Assembly (NCBI GenBank): GCA_028534125.1
Contig: CM052817.1
Span: 25,422,001-25,486,000, forward strand
From: Lama glama
Taxonomy: Eukaryota
Direction of reading: 5' to 3'
DNA length: 64,000 nt
Shown here piece after piece: positions 63,180 through 64,000 of this stretch. The notes beneath the pieces were generated by a model. The model saw only the letters and a program-made list of their open reading frames with translations, was not told where the DNA came from and did no database searches. Each line of letters begins with the position of its first letter. The first letter of the stretch is position 1. A program made the position numbers and the translations under genes.

Positions 63180-64000
63180 CACTCTAATTATTTGTCCACA
63201 ACTCTCTTCTCCATCAGAATGAGAACCCTGTGGGTTGGGGTGGGACTTGTTCACCTTTGTGTCCTCAGAACCACACATTAGATAGTGGTTGAAAGAACAG
63301 GTGAATCTGAGTTCTTGTCTTAGCTTGGATGCTAGCATCTTTCTCACCCCTTCACATCCAACAGTCACCTCTGAAACTTCTCCTGAATTTGTCCTCTCAT
63401 GTCCATTACAATTCCACTGCTCCAGTTCAGGCCTCCTAGACTATCCCAGAAGTCCCCTCACTCTCTGACTTCAATCATCCTCCTCCACATCAGCCACAAG
63501 GACCATCCTTCTAAAACAAAGATCTGATCATGTTATTATCCACCTGTTTAAAATCCTTCCGTGGCCATCATTGCACCTGAAATGGTTCTTCTTAATTCAG
63601 CCCTATTCCCTTTAAAGCCTCAATCTATTATCATAAAATTTTTCTATTTATCTTTTTCCCCAAGAACCTTCAAACACTCTTCAGACTCTATGACTCTGAT
63701 ATTTGCACAAGCTATTCTGGGAGATACTCGGCCAACTCATCTTTCAAAATCCCACTCAAATGTAACTGCTTCTTTGGGATTTCCTTGGGGAAACTCCACT
63801 CACCCTCTCAATAGAGATAATTTCTCCCTAATTTTTTCTGTGTCCCCATAACCCTTCTGTTTCCCTCAATTATTAGCACTTACCACTCTGCATTTTCAGT
63901 TTACCCATCTGTCTCCTTCCCTCACTAGATCTCAGGTCATCCAAAGATGATTCTATTCCAGATGTCCAAGGTCCAGGGCCAGGCACAAAGTGATACTAAG
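63180..64000 (+). mobile_element. L2 fragments
   Basis: TCTAAAACAAAGATCTGATCATG..CCTGTTTAAAATCCTTC..; TTAGCACTTACCAC..CATCTGTCTCCTTCCCTCACTAGA. Confidence 0.6.

Noticed and set aside
1..64000. CRISPR array, prokaryotic operon, intact retroelement or second protein-coding gene
   Set aside because: No repeat-spacer array, no intact RT/transposase ORF and no other exon chain is visible; the window is a single-gene mammalian locus.

Overview
Mammalian genomic DNA, probably camelid (inferred from a tRNA-Ala-derived Vic-1-like SINE at 441-590). It holds one complete protein-coding gene on the + strand, KLF3 (Kruppel-like factor 3/BKLF). The gene has a CpG-island promoter (~25.2-27.65 kb) and a non-coding exon 1 (donor after 26755). 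Five coding exons (41481-41537, 48624-49110, 49788-49938, 54838-54998, 57077-57258) sum to 1038 nt = 345 aa + stop, and all introns are GT-AG. The protein carries the CtBP motif PVDLT, SUMO motifs VKQE/IKIE and three C2H2 fingers, followed by a ~3.8 kb 3'UTR. The first ~24 kb and last ~2 kb are intergenic and rich in L1, L2, MIR, MaLR/ERVL LTRs and hAT MITEs. Repeat family names come from recalled consensus sequences, not a search. Almost all entries in the ORF track are chance ORFs. I found no convincing new multi-gene system. The best leads are: (1) possible alternative first exons, including an in-frame poly-Gly (GGC)9 N-terminal extension and an intronic TATA/KLF-box promoter; (2) a uORF spanning the spliced 5'UTR; (3) intron read-through/intronic poly(A) routes to finger-less or one-finger KLF3; (4) a CpG-loaded exon 3; (5) ultra-short L1-tail insertions with TSDs, one with an apparent 14-nt 3' transduction; (6) a three-level nested transposon stack.
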